Source: Capsulimonadaceae bacterium (GTDB lineage: Bacteria > Armatimonadota > Armatimonadia > Armatimonadales > Capsulimonadaceae). Taken from it: DNA of 64,000 nucleotides. The stretch lies in contig OZ244065.1 in NCBI GenBank assembly GCA_965215505.1, forward strand, positions 3,552,001-3,616,000, written 5' to 3'. The translations under genes were made by a program, and so were the position numbers. Below, piece by piece: positions 9,673-19,707 of this stretch; positions within the stretch are counted from its first letter, which is position 1; the number at the start of each line of letters is the position of its first letter. The notes under the pieces were generated by a model that worked only from the letters and a program-made list of their open reading frames with translations, ran no database searches and had not been told where the DNA came from.

Positions 9673-12171
9673 TCACATCGGGAAGGAGAACCCGCCGATC
9701 CTCCCGCCCAAGCCCCGGCGACGCCGGACGGGGGGAGGCGGCGGGAGGCGCGCGGGCGTCCCCAGCCGCAGGGCGGGGCGCGGGTCCGCGCCGGGCGGGA
9801 GGGCGGCGGACACGGGCACGACCAGGCGGACGGGGCGGCGGTCCTGCTCCTCGCGGATCGTGATGCGGAAGGTGAGCGCGGCCAGGCGGCGCGGCAGCGG
9901 GGTGGCCGTCACAACGGAAGGGCCGTCGCGCCACGAGTAAGGCGGCAGCGGGGCGGACTGGACCGGCGGGAGCGGCGCGGGGGTGCGTTTCGGGGTCTGC
10001 GCGGCCCACACGGACAGGCGCAGGGGGGTGTAGCCGGCCCGCGCCAGGACGCGCGCGTCCCGCCCACTCGGCGGGGCGACGGCCCCGACGTAGGGGTCCG
10101 GGCGCGTGTCGTCCAGGGACAGGGTGAGCACGCCCGGCTGCGGCCTGCCCCCCGCCCACCGCGCCGGGGAGGCGACGCGGGGCGCGTTCAGGGGGGCGCT
10201 CTCGGCGGCCTGAAAGCCGGGCGGCAGACGCCAGGCCAGCAGAAGCTCGGCGTTGCCCCGGTCGTACCACCAGCCTTCCCGGTCCCGCCGCGCGTCGGAC
10301 CCCGCGTAGTAGCCCCCGCCCTGCTCCGGATGGAAGGACCCACCGGACGCAGGGGCGATGGTCTCGCGCCGTCCGGGGGTGCCGTTGAGGACGGTGACGG
10401 TGATGCCGGACGGCGTGGTCTCGGTCTCGGAGTGCCGCCAGACGATCCGGTCCCCGCCGAAGGCCGCGTCATGCACCACCTCGGCGTTGTGGAACGTCAC
10501 CGTCTCGGTCCGGGCGGCCTGACGGATCACCGAACCCGTCAGCGTCAGCCGGTGCTGCTGGCCGGGCCAGGCCCCGCCCACCGCGCCGTCCCGGAGCAGC
10601 CACTCGGCGGAGTGCGTCCCGGCAGGGTCCGTCTCGGACGGGGGGCGGGAGAGCGGGAACACGCCGAGCGGCTCGCCCGCGTTCGGCATCCCAGGGAACG
10701 GAGTCCCGAAGGCCGGCGACCCGAGGCCGATGCGGGCGTCCGGCCGGACGCCCGCCGCGCCGCCGTTCCGCCCGCCGGCAGACGCCACCCCGGACGGCCC
10801 CGTCTGACGCGGGGCGGCGGGCGGGGACGGCACGCCCCATTGCGGGGCGGCGTGGTCGAGCTGGAACAGCCAGGTCTGGCCGGGGGGCGCGGGCGACGCG
10901 GCACGGGCGAACAGCAGGAAGCGGAGGGTCGGCAGGCCCGTCCGCTGGTGGCCGTCCTCATTCGCCGGGGCCAGCCCACTCCCCGACTGCGGGTTGGCCT
11001 CGTCCTGCCGACCGCCGGTGTCCTCGGCCTCGGCGGCAACGGCGCGCAGGGTGAACGGGCCGACGGTGGCGGCATTCGCGGGCGTGGGGTCCTGCCCGTC
11101 CGCATCCGCCTCCCGCTGGGCGGGCGTCTCCAGCCGCGTGTCCTCGGCGGCGGGCGGCAGGCGCGTGATCACCCACGAGGCTCCCCCGCCGTCCCCCTGG
11201 CCCGCCGTCCCGTGGCCGCTCGCCCGCGCGACGGTCACGCGGAACTGGCGGGTGGCGGCGTCGTAGCCGGCGGGGATCTGCGTGAACAGGGCGTCGGCCG
11301 TGACCGGCTGGCAGAGCAGGGCGACCGCCTTCCCGGTCGGCCTGCCGTCCGCACCCAGCGGGGTGGCCGTGACCCGGAAGCCCGCCGAGAACGGCGTCGG
11401 GGTCAGCGTCACCAGGGCCGGCCCGGACTGGACCTGGGCGGGCTGCGGGGTATTGGCCGACACGATCTGGTAAGGGACCTGATCGTCCGAATGGGGAGGC
11501 TGTGAACGCGAAACCCGGCCCGGACCGCCCTCGGGCGGGGGTGCGGCGCGCGTCGTCGTCCACTGGAGCGTCGAGATGCCGGCCGCCCGGCTGCTGATGA
11601 TGACGCCGCCGAACCCGCCGCCAAGACTTCCGCTGAACCCGCCGGCACCGGGGCCGGTGGGGGGAGTCGTCTGGGGCTGGGCCACCAGGGTGAAGCGCCC
11701 GAACGGGTAGTCGTGGCGGCGTCCGTCCTGGGGGATGGCGAGCGTCTTGACGCCGACCCCGCCCCGGACGCCGATCCACAGGCCCACCGCGCCCGCCGAG
11801 GCCTGGAGGAAGGGGTTACGCGCGACGGTCGTCGGCTCTTCCCCGCCTGCGGGCGGCGCGAGCGGGGCGGGCGGCGTCTCGAACCCGCTCCGGGTGGGGA
11901 CGGTGAGCGCCAGCAGGGTCCAGTCGGCCTGCCTCGCCGCGCCCGAGGCCAGGCGCGGCGGCGGCCAGGCGGGGGTGTCGGGCGGGCCGGGCGGGGCGGG
12001 CGTCTCCCCCTCGGCGGGGCCGCCCATCCGGGCGTCCCCCGCCCCCGGCCCTCCCCCATGGCGGGAGTCGTGTGCCGGGTTCAGGAGGAGCCACACGGCG
12101 GCGAGCGGGACCAGCAGAAGCCCGCCGGTGAACAGCAGGGTACGCGCATCGCGTTTGGGTGGGGTAGGCAT
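9673..12171 (-). CDS. Large N-terminally membrane-anchored Pro/Gly-rich hypothetical protein
   Basis: Long ORF, single TM (LLFTGGLLLVPLAAVWLLL), consensus promoter upstream. Confidence 0.7.
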   Translation of the reverse strand: MPTPPKRDARTLLFTGGLLLVPLAAVWLLLNPAHDSRHGGGPGAGDARMGGPAEGETPAPPGPPDTPAWPPPRLASGAARQADWTLLALTVPTRSGFETPPAPLAPPAGGEEPTTVARNPFLQASAGAVGLWIGVRGGVGVKTLAIPQDGRRHDYPFGRFTLVAQPQTTPPTGPGAGGFSGSLGGGFGGVIISSRAAGISTLQWTTTRAAPPPEGGPGRVSRSQPPHSDDQVPYQIVSANTPQPAQVQSGPALVTLTPTPFSAGFRVTATPLGADGRPTGKAVALLCQPVTADALFTQIPAGYDAATRQFRVTVARASGHGTAGQGDGGGASWVITRLPPAAEDTRLETPAQREADADGQDPTPANAATVGPFTLRAVAAEAEDTGGRQDEANPQSGSGLAPANEDGHQRTGLPTLRFLLFARAASPAPPGQTWLFQLDHAAPQWGVPSPPAAPRQTGPSGVASAGGRNGGAAGVRPDARIGLGSPAFGTPFPGMPNAGEPLGVFPLSRPPSETDPAGTHSAEWLLRDGAVGGAWPGQQHRLTLTGSVIRQAARTETVTFHNAEVVHDAAFGGDRIVWRHSETETTPSGITVTVLNGTPGRRETIAPASGGSFHPEQGGGYYAGSDARRDREGWWYDRGNAELLLAWRLPPGFQAAESAPLNAPRVASPARWAGGRPQPGVLTLSLDDTRPDPYVGAVAPPSGRDARVLARAGYTPLRLSVWAAQTPKRTPAPLPPVQSAPLPPYSWRDGPSVVTATPLPRRLAALTFRITIREEQDRRPVRLVVPVSAALPPGADPRPALRLGTPARLPPPPPVRRRRGLGGRIGGFSFPM

Positions 12172-12218
12172 CGGTGCTTCTTTCCTGAGCCGCGCCCTCT
12201 TCGCCGGGCCGCGCCCCA

Positions 12219-12247
12219 AGTATAACACTGCGCCCCGCCGGTGTCAA
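12219..12247 (-). promoter_or_regulatory. Sigma70-type promoter TTGACA-17-TATACT
   Basis: Near-perfect consensus; -35 duplicated by a 22-bp tandem duplication immediately upstream. Confidence 0.75.
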
Positions 12248-12439
12248 GGACGGGCCGGGGCGGTGTCAAGGACGGGCCGGGGCGGGCGCGGGGCGGTGGA
12301 CCCGGCGGGCGTGTGACCCGGCGCGCGTGTGACCCGGCCCTTCAGGGCCGGACCGCTGCGCCGGGTTCGCCGCCCGCCGGCTTCACCCCGCCCCCGACAC
12401 GATCTGCCTCTGCCCCACGCACCCTTCCCGCCCTCCCCC

Positions 12440-13393
12440 TCACCCCACGCCATCGGGCGGCGCGCGGCCCGCCGCCGCCTCGGGCCGGGCCGCCCCACGC
12501 CTGGCCGCCGCTAAGGCCGCCTTGAACCGCGCCGCCCCGCCCCGGTTGACGGCCTGCTGCCCCGTGCTGAGGGCCGCCCCCCCGGCCACTGCCCGCGACA
12601 CCGCCCCCCGGACCACCGCCTCCGCGACCCGCACGTCCCGGAACACCCCCCGCGCCTGGAACGCGCCCCTCCCGCCGCTCCTGTCCGGGCCTCTTCCCGG
12701 CCTCCTGTCCGCGAAAGCCGAAGGCAGAATGGGCCTCGCGCGCGTCTGAGTTATTTCCTGCGTTCTCTCTGAGATGATCTCTGAAGTAGTTTGCGCGATC
12801 CCCGCAAACTGGCTTGCAGGAATCGCGCAAACAAGTGTTCGTGTTCCGCGCACTCCAGAGTGCGGCATTGCGGCAGCCGGAGAGGCATCCGGCGGCCGGG
12901 CTTGCGCCTGAAGGTGCGCCCACACCAGCCGCAGCACGGCGGCCATGTCCACCCGGAAGTGCAGGGTGGCGGGAATGCCGCACCGCTTTTCCTCCAGCAC
13001 GCCCTGGGCGCACAGCCGCCGCCGGGCCGTCGCGGTTTCGGCGCGCGACAGCCCCGTCTCCTCGGTGATCTCGCGCTGCGCCTTCCAGAACCAGCCGCTC
13101 GTCCGCGCCTGGACGGTGGGCGTCCCGGCCCAGAACCAGAACTGCGACAGGAGGAGGCCGCAGGCCGCCCCGCCGAACAGCCGCCCGAAGCAGGGGCGGT
13201 GGGCGACGACGCGGCCCGACCCGAACAGGGCGTCGAGGGCGCGCAAAGCCTCCGGCGGCAGCGCCTCGGGCGCGGCCACGGGCGGGGAGGCGTGGGCCTC
13301 CATCGGGGGGATGTGGGGCGACACGGGGGGCAGCGGGCGTTGGGGCGTGGGGCGGACGGGCGCGGGCTGAGACGCGGGAGCGGGCTGGAACAC
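12440..13393 (-). CDS. Phage-type replication initiator-like winged-HTH protein (orphan)
   Basis: GLLLSQFWFW...GWFWKAQREITEETGLSRAETATARRRL...GVLEEKRCGIPATLHFRVD resembles the N-terminus of prophage replication proteins; AAGGAGG RBS before GTG. Confidence 0.7.
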   Translation of the reverse strand: MFQPAPASQPAPVRPTPQRPLPPVSPHIPPMEAHASPPVAAPEALPPEALRALDALFGSGRVVAHRPCFGRLFGGAACGLLLSQFWFWAGTPTVQARTSGWFWKAQREITEETGLSRAETATARRRLCAQGVLEEKRCGIPATLHFRVDMAAVLRLVWAHLQAQARPPDASPAAAMPHSGVRGTRTLVCAIPASQFAGIAQTTSEIISERTQEITQTRARPILPSAFADRRPGRGPDRSGGRGAFQARGVFRDVRVAEAVVRGAVSRAVAGGAALSTGQQAVNRGGAARFKAALAAARRGAARPEAAAGRAPPDGVG

Positions 13394-13426
13394 GGTGCGG
13401 ACCCTCCTTGAAGCGCAGGCGAGTCC

Positions 13427-13469
13427 AGTATGGCAGGTTTACGGCTGTTTGTCTACTATTTGTCTACTA
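13427..13469 (-). promoter_or_regulatory. Promoter TAGACA-17-CATACT overlapped by an 11-bp direct repeat (TTTGTCTACTA x2)
   Basis: -10 at 13427-13432, -35 at 13450-13455, repeats at 13448-13469, AT-rich context. Confidence 0.6.
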
Positions 13470-13747
13470 TTTATAAAATAAAGACCAAATCAGGCAGCCT
13501 CACGGCTGGGTTGGGGAGCGCCCGCCCGCCGCGCTGCCGACGCGGCGGGGTTGGAAGGGGAGCGCGGCGGGGGAAGGGGAGCGCGATAGAGAAAGGGGGT
13601 GCGATGAACTGCGCCCCTACGAGGCTCGGCGGACATCGTCCGGCGGCGCTATCCAAAGCCCCGAAGCGGGCGGCCCATCCGTGTAGACCGGCCTTTCAGG
13701 GCCGGGTGCGCGCCGGGCCGGGTGCGCCGGGCCGGGTGCGGTGGTAG

Positions 13748-13891
13748 GACGAGTGATTGAAATCACTCGCTGACGCAGGATTTGTCCAAGGGACAAGTGG
13801 ATAGGATTGTGCCCAGCGCCCGCCCCGTCCCGTCTGCCTCTTCTGTCCCCTGGACAGGTCCGACAGGAGCGAGTGATTTCAATCACTCGTC
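13748..13891. repeat. Palindromic MITE/REPIN-like element, copy 1
   Basis: GACGAGTGATTGAAATCACTCG...GTCCAAGGGAC...GTCCCCTGGAC...CGAGTGATTTCAATCACTCGTC. Confidence 0.9.
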
Positions 13892-13939
13892 CTACCACCG
13901 CACCCGGCCCGGCGCGCACCCGGCCCGCCACGCCCCCGT

Positions 13940-14030
13940 TCCCGTCTTCCTGTCCCGTCTTCCTGTCCCGTCTTCCTGTCCCGTCTTCCTGTCCCGTCTT
14001 CCTGTCCCGTCTTCCTGTCCTGTCTTCCTG
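13940..14030. repeat. Tandem repeat 13 bp x7 (TCCCGTCTTCCTG)
   Basis: Direct read; last copy has one mismatch. Confidence 0.9.
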
Positions 14031-14046
14031 TCCCATCTCCCCGCCC

Positions 14047-16173
14047 TCACGCCGCCGCCACCGTCACCGGGCCGAACTCGCCGTAGCCCGCCTCCGCCAG
14101 CAGGCCGACGGCCCCGCGCGTCGGCAGGTCCGGCCCCGAGGCCGTCAGGGAGACGGGACCGTAAGTGGCCGTGATACCCGACGCGGTGATGGTCAGCGAA
14201 ACCGGCTGCGCCTCCTCCATCGTCCAGGTCGCCCCCGACTCGGCCAGGACACGGGTGACGTCATCGCGCTGCTCGATCAGGCGGACTCGGTGGTCCTCGT
14301 CCAGCACGAGGGCGACGTAGCGGCGCAGGCCGCGCACCGCCCCGGCAAGCCCCAGGCGCTTCGCCAGGTGCGGGAGAATGACGGCGGAAACAGAGTAATC
14401 CGTCCACTCCCACTCGCCCTGCGTCGCCAGCCCCACGCCCTCGTTCTGGATGACCCGGTAGGCCATGCCCGCCCCCGAGCCGGCCTCGAAGGCGGAGGCG
14501 CTGCTGACCCACGCCCGCCGCCAGCCGTCCCCGGACACGGCCCGGCCAAGCGTGACCGACGCGGGGACGCCGCCCCAGGTCAGCCGGTCCAGGAGTACTG
14601 TGCCGGACGCCGCGCCGTCCGAGGCCGTGACTTTCAGGCCGACCACGGCGATGGGCAGGCCCGCCGTTTCGGGGACGGTCAGCGAGGGGGAGGCCGACCC
14701 GCCGGGCGCGAGCGGCACGGCCTCGCCCTCGGTAAACGTCAGCACGTCCCCCGCCCCGTAGGCCCCGACATACAGGCGCACCGTGACCGGGCCGGACAGG
14801 TCCGGGCCGCCCTCCACCGTCGCCGTGACCGTCTGACCGGGGTAGAGAGTCGGGCTGCACGCCAGGTCGTAGCCGCCCCCCGCGAAGGCCGAGGGCGCGG
14901 GGAAGGTCTCGCGCCCCGCCCGGACGGTCCCGCCCGCCCCAAGCCCGTCCAGGCGCAGGGCCAGCCTGCCGCCCTCATTGCCGACCGTCAGGACACCCGC
15001 CGAATCGGGCGCGTCGTCGGGCCGGAACCCCTGCACCGCGCCGGGCAAGGAGAAATGGAACCGCGCGCCGCCCTTGGGGGCGACCGGCGGCAGCCCGGCC
15101 AGCGCGCGGCCCGAATCGACCAGGGCATACGTCTCGCGCAGGGCGTCGGTGATGCACCGCCCGCCGTCCGCCGTGGGCAGGTACAGCCGGTCGGCGACCG
15201 GCCCGCGCCAGTCCGGCCCGGCGTCCATGCCGGCCAGGCCGTTTTGGATGCCCAGCAGGCAGCCGACATTGCCCGCGTTGCAGTCGGTGTCCCAGCCCGC
15301 CGTACTCGCGATCATCAGGGACTTTTGGAAGTCGCCGCGCCCGTGCAGCAGGCCCAGCAGGATGACGGCGTGGTTCGGGACCATGTGGCAGTTGCCGCCG
15401 AATTTGTCATAGCCGTAGTGGGCCTGGATCAGCTTCAGAGTCGCCCGCCAGTCGTCGCCGCTGTCTGCCGCCCACCCGCGCACGTCGCCGATCAGCCGAT
15501 AGATCACGCTCTCCTTCGGGATCAGCCCCGCCCCCATGTCCAGCAGGGCGTTCAAATCAGGCTCGACGAAGGCCAGCGCCTCCATCGCCGCGATGACCTG
15601 CGCGCCGTAGATCGCCTCGCCGTCGTGCGACACCGAGGCGGCCAGCCGCGCGAAGTGGGCGGCCTTCGCGGGGTCGCCGGGGCAGACCATCCCCCAGCCG
15701 TCAACAAAGATCTGCGCCCCGATCTGCTCGGCGACGATGGCCCCGTTCGTCGCGATGCTCCCGCTGTCCGGGGCCTTGATCCCCGCCTTGAGCCGCAGGA
15801 AGGCCGTATGCTCGGTGGACATGCCCAGGCCGCCCCACCACAGAATGGTCCGGCCTTCAATGATGGTGTTCCGCCACCAGTCGCCGATCTGGGCCGCCGT
15901 TAGGTCCGGGTCGTTCCCGCTCTCGGCCAGGGCGCGGGCGAACGTGAAAGTGCCCGAGACGTCGTCGTCGGTGACGACGAGCGGTGCCTTCAGTCTGTCG
16001 TGGACGTAGTAGTCCACCTCGCCCAGTTCGCGCTCGATGCGCTCGTTGGACCAGCCTTCAAAGGGCCGGCCCAGGTAGACCCCGATGATCTTGCCGAGGA
16101 CGCCCGCATAGACGCGCGCCTCGTAGTCGGGGGGCAGGGTGGACTCGGACGGGAGGGAGGAACTAGTAGGCAT
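14047..16173 (-). CDS. ADP-ribosylglycohydrolase-family protein with C-terminal extension
   Basis: YAGVLGKIIGVYLGRPFEGW, VTDDD, GWDTDCNAGNVG motifs. Confidence 0.85.
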   Translation of the reverse strand: MPTSSSLPSESTLPPDYEARVYAGVLGKIIGVYLGRPFEGWSNERIERELGEVDYYVHDRLKAPLVVTDDDVSGTFTFARALAESGNDPDLTAAQIGDWWRNTIIEGRTILWWGGLGMSTEHTAFLRLKAGIKAPDSGSIATNGAIVAEQIGAQIFVDGWGMVCPGDPAKAAHFARLAASVSHDGEAIYGAQVIAAMEALAFVEPDLNALLDMGAGLIPKESVIYRLIGDVRGWAADSGDDWRATLKLIQAHYGYDKFGGNCHMVPNHAVILLGLLHGRGDFQKSLMIASTAGWDTDCNAGNVGCLLGIQNGLAGMDAGPDWRGPVADRLYLPTADGGRCITDALRETYALVDSGRALAGLPPVAPKGGARFHFSLPGAVQGFRPDDAPDSAGVLTVGNEGGRLALRLDGLGAGGTVRAGRETFPAPSAFAGGGYDLACSPTLYPGQTVTATVEGGPDLSGPVTVRLYVGAYGAGDVLTFTEGEAVPLAPGGSASPSLTVPETAGLPIAVVGLKVTASDGAASGTVLLDRLTWGGVPASVTLGRAVSGDGWRRAWVSSASAFEAGSGAGMAYRVIQNEGVGLATQGEWEWTDYSVSAVILPHLAKRLGLAGAVRGLRRYVALVLDEDHRVRLIEQRDDVTRVLAESGATWTMEEAQPVSLTITASGITATYGPVSLTASGPDLPTRGAVGLLAEAGYGEFGPVTVAAA

Positions 16174-16289
16174 GGGGTGACTCCGGTGTCGGCTGAATGC
16201 TGGGAATGCCGTTCGGCAATGGGGGGGCGTTCTCCTGCCGGGAACGGGGTGCGGCGTGGTACAATGGGACAGGAAACGGTTCCGGGCAG

Positions 16290-16427
16290 AACGAGTGACT
16301 GAAATCACTCGCTGACGCAGGATTTGTCCAGGGGACAAGCGGACAGGATAGTGCCCAACGCCCGCCCCATCTGCCTCTTCTGTCCCCTGGACAGGTCCCA
16401 ATCAGCGAGTGATTTCAATCACTCGTC
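16290..16427. repeat. Palindromic element, copy 2
   Basis: Same terminal hairpins and inner GTCCAGGGGAC/GTCCCCTGGAC arms. Confidence 0.9.
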
Positions 16428-16588
16428 TTGCTCGCCCTTGTCGTCCCTTCCGACTCCATCCTCGCTGCCCTGGATGCCGCCGCCTACCCGTCGTTCGTCC
16501 GCGCCGACTGGACTCTGGGGGCGTCGTGACCGCACGACGGGAGCGGCTTGCCGGGTATACTGGGAGGGATCACGAACGGCAGGAATCC

Positions 16589-16891
16589 ATGAAATCCGGC
16601 AGTCTCAACACGACCTTGACCAGTCTTCTGCGGTATCTCATTAATGGGGCCGTCTTCCTGTGCGTCTACCTCGGCGCGCACATCTTCGGCCCCTCCCTCT
16701 GGCACTACGCCGCCGCGAATGTCCAGCACTGGTGGCACCGGGGCGCGTCCGGCGACATCACCAGCGGCCTCGTGGGGATGGCGGCGTTCCTCGTGTTCGG
16801 CGAGTACCGCCGCCGCGAGAGGTCGGCGCGAAATGTCCCCGCCGCAGCCCGGCGGCAGCCGAGCAGGTCGCCGAGCGGGCCGTGGGCGTGA
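16589..16891 (+). CDS. Small two-TM membrane protein
   Basis: AGGA RBS, TATACT upstream, two hydrophobic segments. Confidence 0.6.
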   Translation: MKSGSLNTTLTSLLRYLINGAVFLCVYLGAHIFGPSLWHYAAANVQHWWHRGASGDITSGLVGMAAFLVFGEYRRRERSARNVPAAARRQPSRSPSGPWA

Positions 16892-16924
16892 GGCCCGGCG
16901 TAGGGAAGGCGGGGCAAGAGAAGA

Positions 16925-17035
16925 GGGCGGGGGGACCCCGCCCCTACGAGGACCGGATGATGCCGCCCGGATGATGCCGCCCGGATGATGCCGCCCGGAT
17001 GATGCCGCCCCTGTAGGGGTCGGGTCCCGCGACCC
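16925..17035. repeat. Two GTAG-REP palindromes flanking a 14-bp x4 tandem repeat (CCGGATGATGCCGC, 16953-17008)
   Basis: Direct read. Confidence 0.85.
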
Positions 17036-17272
17036 TCATTTCCCTCTGGCTTTGCCCCTACGCTATCTCCGTTCTGGCCTGACCCATCCTCAACCCCGGA
17101 GGGGTTTTCACTCAAGAGTAGCCCGGCCATTCATGGCCGGGGCCAGCCGTGCGGCTTTTTTCTTTCGCCACAATCGCACTGTTGCGCGGGCGAAAACCGT
17201 TCCGAGGCCGGTAATCCGTGGTACAATGTCGGCGTGCGATCTAAGTCTTACGCACACTAAGGAGTAACGCTC

Positions 17273-19426
17273 ATGAGTCCGCGACGTGTCCTGCTCTCCG
17301 TCGGGTCCCTCTGCGCCCTGGTGGCCGCCTCCCTCGCCGGGCCGGTCCGCGCCGACCAGGCCCTCTACACCGATTCCCTGCAAAACGGCTGGGTCAACTA
17401 TAGCTGGGCCTCGGTCAGCTTCACCGCGACCAGCCCCGTCCACACCGGGGCCGACTCGATCTCGGTCCAGTCCGGGCCGTACCAGGCCCTCTATCTGCAC
17501 CACGCCGCCCAGGCCGCCGCGCCGTTCACGGCCCTGACCTTCTGGATCAACGGCGGCCCGACGGGGGGCCAGCGCCTCCAGGTGCAGGCCACCCTGAACG
17601 GCAATCCTCAGCCCGCCTACGCCCTGCCCGTGCCCCAGGCGAATACCTGGACGCAGGTCACCGTCCCCCTGTCCGCCCTGGGCGTCGCGGGGCAGACCAC
17701 TTTCGACGGCATTTGGATACAGGATGCCAGCGGCGCGGCGACGGTCCCCGTCTTCTATGTGGACGACATGGCCCTGGTTTCGGCGGTGCAGACCGCGCCC
17801 GGCACGACGATCAAGGTGGACGTCGCGGCGAACCGCCACGCGATCAGCCCGCTGGTCTACGGGGTCGCCTACGGGGACGCCGCAAGCCTGGCCGACCTGA
17901 ACGCGCCTTTGAACCGGCAGGGCGGCAACAACACCACCCGCTACAACTGGCAGCTCAACGCCGACAACCGGGCCAACGACTACTTCTTTGAAAGCATCGG
18001 CGACACGGACCCGACGCCCGGCGGGCGCGGGGACGCTTTCATTTCGGCCTCCAAGTCCGGCGGCGCATCGGCGATGCTCACCATCCCGACCATCGGGTGG
18101 GTCGCGAAGCTCGGCCCGAACCGCGCCAAGCTGCCGTCGTTCTCGGTCGCCAAGTACGGCGCGCAGAAGAGTACCGACCCGTACCTGCCCGACGCCGGCA
18201 ACGGGGTGCTTGCGAGCGGCGCGAACGTCACCGGCAACGACCCGAACGACGCCGACGTGCCCTCGACGCCCGCCTTCCAGGCGGGCTGGATGAGCCACCT
18301 CGTCTCGCAGTGGGGGACGGGGGCGGCGGGCGGCCTCCAGTACTACATCATGGACAACGAGCCGAGCCTCTGGTTCAGCACCCACCGGGACGTCCACCCG
18401 GTCGGGCCGACCATGGACGAGGTCACGAACGACATCCTGGCCTACAGCGCCAAGGTCAAGGCCGCCGACCCGACCGCGAGCGTGGTCGCGCCCGAGGAGT
18501 GGGGCTGGTCCGGCTTCTTCTACAGCGGCTTCGACCAGCAGTACGGGGCCGCCCACAATTACCAGGGGGGCTACCCGGACCGCAATGCCCACGGCGGCAT
18601 GGACTATCTGCCCTGGATGCTCGGCCAGATCTCCAAGAACGACCAGGCCACCGGGAAACGCTCCCTGGACGTCTTCAGCGTCCACTTCTACCCGCAGAGC
18701 GGCGAGTTCAGCGACGCCACCGACACGGCGACGGTCCTGCTGCGGAACCGCTCCACGCGGCAGCTTTGGGATCCGAACTACGTTTCCGAGAGCTGGATCA
18801 ATGACAAGGTCATGCTGATCCCCCGGATCAAAGGCTGGGTGAACTCCTACTACCCCGGCACCAAGACCGCGATCACCGAGTATAACTGGGGCGCGGACGG
18901 CAGCATGAGCGGCGCGACGACCCAGGCGGACATCTACGGCATCTTCGGGCGCGAGGGCCTGGACATGGCGACCCGCTGGACCATGCCGGCCACTAACTCG
19001 CCGACGTACCAGGCGATGAAGCTGTACCGCAACTATGACGGCAAGAAGTCCGGCTTCGGCACCACCAGCGTCTCCGACATCGCCCCCAGCCCCGACACGG
19101 TCTCGTCGTTCGCCGCCATCCGCCCCTCCGACGGCGCTCTGACCGTGACGGTGATCAACAAGGACCCGTCCGCGACCGCCCCGGTGACTGTCTCGGTGGC
19201 GGGCTTCACGCCCGCCGCGACCGCCCAGGCGTGGCAGCTCACCGGCGCGACTGCCGCCATCACCCGCATCGCCGACGTTCCGGTCAAGAGCGCCGCGCTC
19301 TCGGTCAGCCTGCCCCCGCAGAGCGTCACGCTCTTCGTCATCCCGACGACCGGCATCCCCGTCTCGATCATCCCGCCCCCCGTCCGGCGTCCGGCCCCGA
19401 TGCCCCGGCCCGAGGTCGGGCCGTAG
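17273..19426 (+). CDS. Secreted GH44 endoglucanase with N-terminal carbohydrate-binding-like domain
   Basis: Signal peptide; HAISPLVYG, RQGGNNTTRYNW, MDNEPSLWFSTHRDVHP, AITEYNWG, GIFGREG. Confidence 0.88.
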   Translation: MSPRRVLLSVGSLCALVAASLAGPVRADQALYTDSLQNGWVNYSWASVSFTATSPVHTGADSISVQSGPYQALYLHHAAQAAAPFTALTFWINGGPTGGQRLQVQATLNGNPQPAYALPVPQANTWTQVTVPLSALGVAGQTTFDGIWIQDASGAATVPVFYVDDMALVSAVQTAPGTTIKVDVAANRHAISPLVYGVAYGDAASLADLNAPLNRQGGNNTTRYNWQLNADNRANDYFFESIGDTDPTPGGRGDAFISASKSGGASAMLTIPTIGWVAKLGPNRAKLPSFSVAKYGAQKSTDPYLPDAGNGVLASGANVTGNDPNDADVPSTPAFQAGWMSHLVSQWGTGAAGGLQYYIMDNEPSLWFSTHRDVHPVGPTMDEVTNDILAYSAKVKAADPTASVVAPEEWGWSGFFYSGFDQQYGAAHNYQGGYPDRNAHGGMDYLPWMLGQISKNDQATGKRSLDVFSVHFYPQSGEFSDATDTATVLLRNRSTRQLWDPNYVSESWINDKVMLIPRIKGWVNSYYPGTKTAITEYNWGADGSMSGATTQADIYGIFGREGLDMATRWTMPATNSPTYQAMKLYRNYDGKKSGFGTTSVSDIAPSPDTVSSFAAIRPSDGALTVTVINKDPSATAPVTVSVAGFTPAATAQAWQLTGATAAITRIADVPVKSAALSVSLPPQSVTLFVIPTTGIPVSIIPPPVRRPAPMPRPEVGP

Positions 19427-19431
19427 GCCAT

Positions 19432-19526
19432 GGAGCCGGACGCGCGGAGCCGGGCGCGCGGAGCCGGACGCGCGGAGCCGGGCGCGCGGAGCCGGACGCG
19501 CGGAGCCGGACGCGCGGAGCCGGACG
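19432..19526. repeat. Tandem repeat 14 bp x~7 (GGAGCCGGACGCGC) running into palindromic element copy 3
   Basis: Direct read. Confidence 0.9.
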
Positions 19527-19671
19527 AGTGATTGAAATCACTCGCTGATTCGGATTTGTCCAGGGGACAAGCGGATAGGATAAGGCCCGACGCCCGCCCC
19601 GCCCCGTCCTGTCTGCAATCTTCTGTCCCCTGGACAGGTCCGACCGGAGCGAGTGATTTCAATCACTCGTC
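19523..19671. repeat. Palindromic element, copy 3
   Basis: Same conserved arms; sits between convergent genes. Confidence 0.9.
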
Positions 19672-19707
19672 CCCATCCTCGCTCGCCGTCCGTGGCGGCT
19701 CTCAGTC

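Noticed and set aside
12440-13393. Prophage or integrated plasmid around the replication-like gene
   Set aside because: No structural, integrase, partition or helicase genes; the flanks are ordinary chromosomal genes.
13807-15903. 698-aa plus-strand ORF
   Set aside because: Antisense shadow of the ADP-ribosylglycohydrolase gene; Arg/Pro-rich, no motifs; typical of high-GC DNA.
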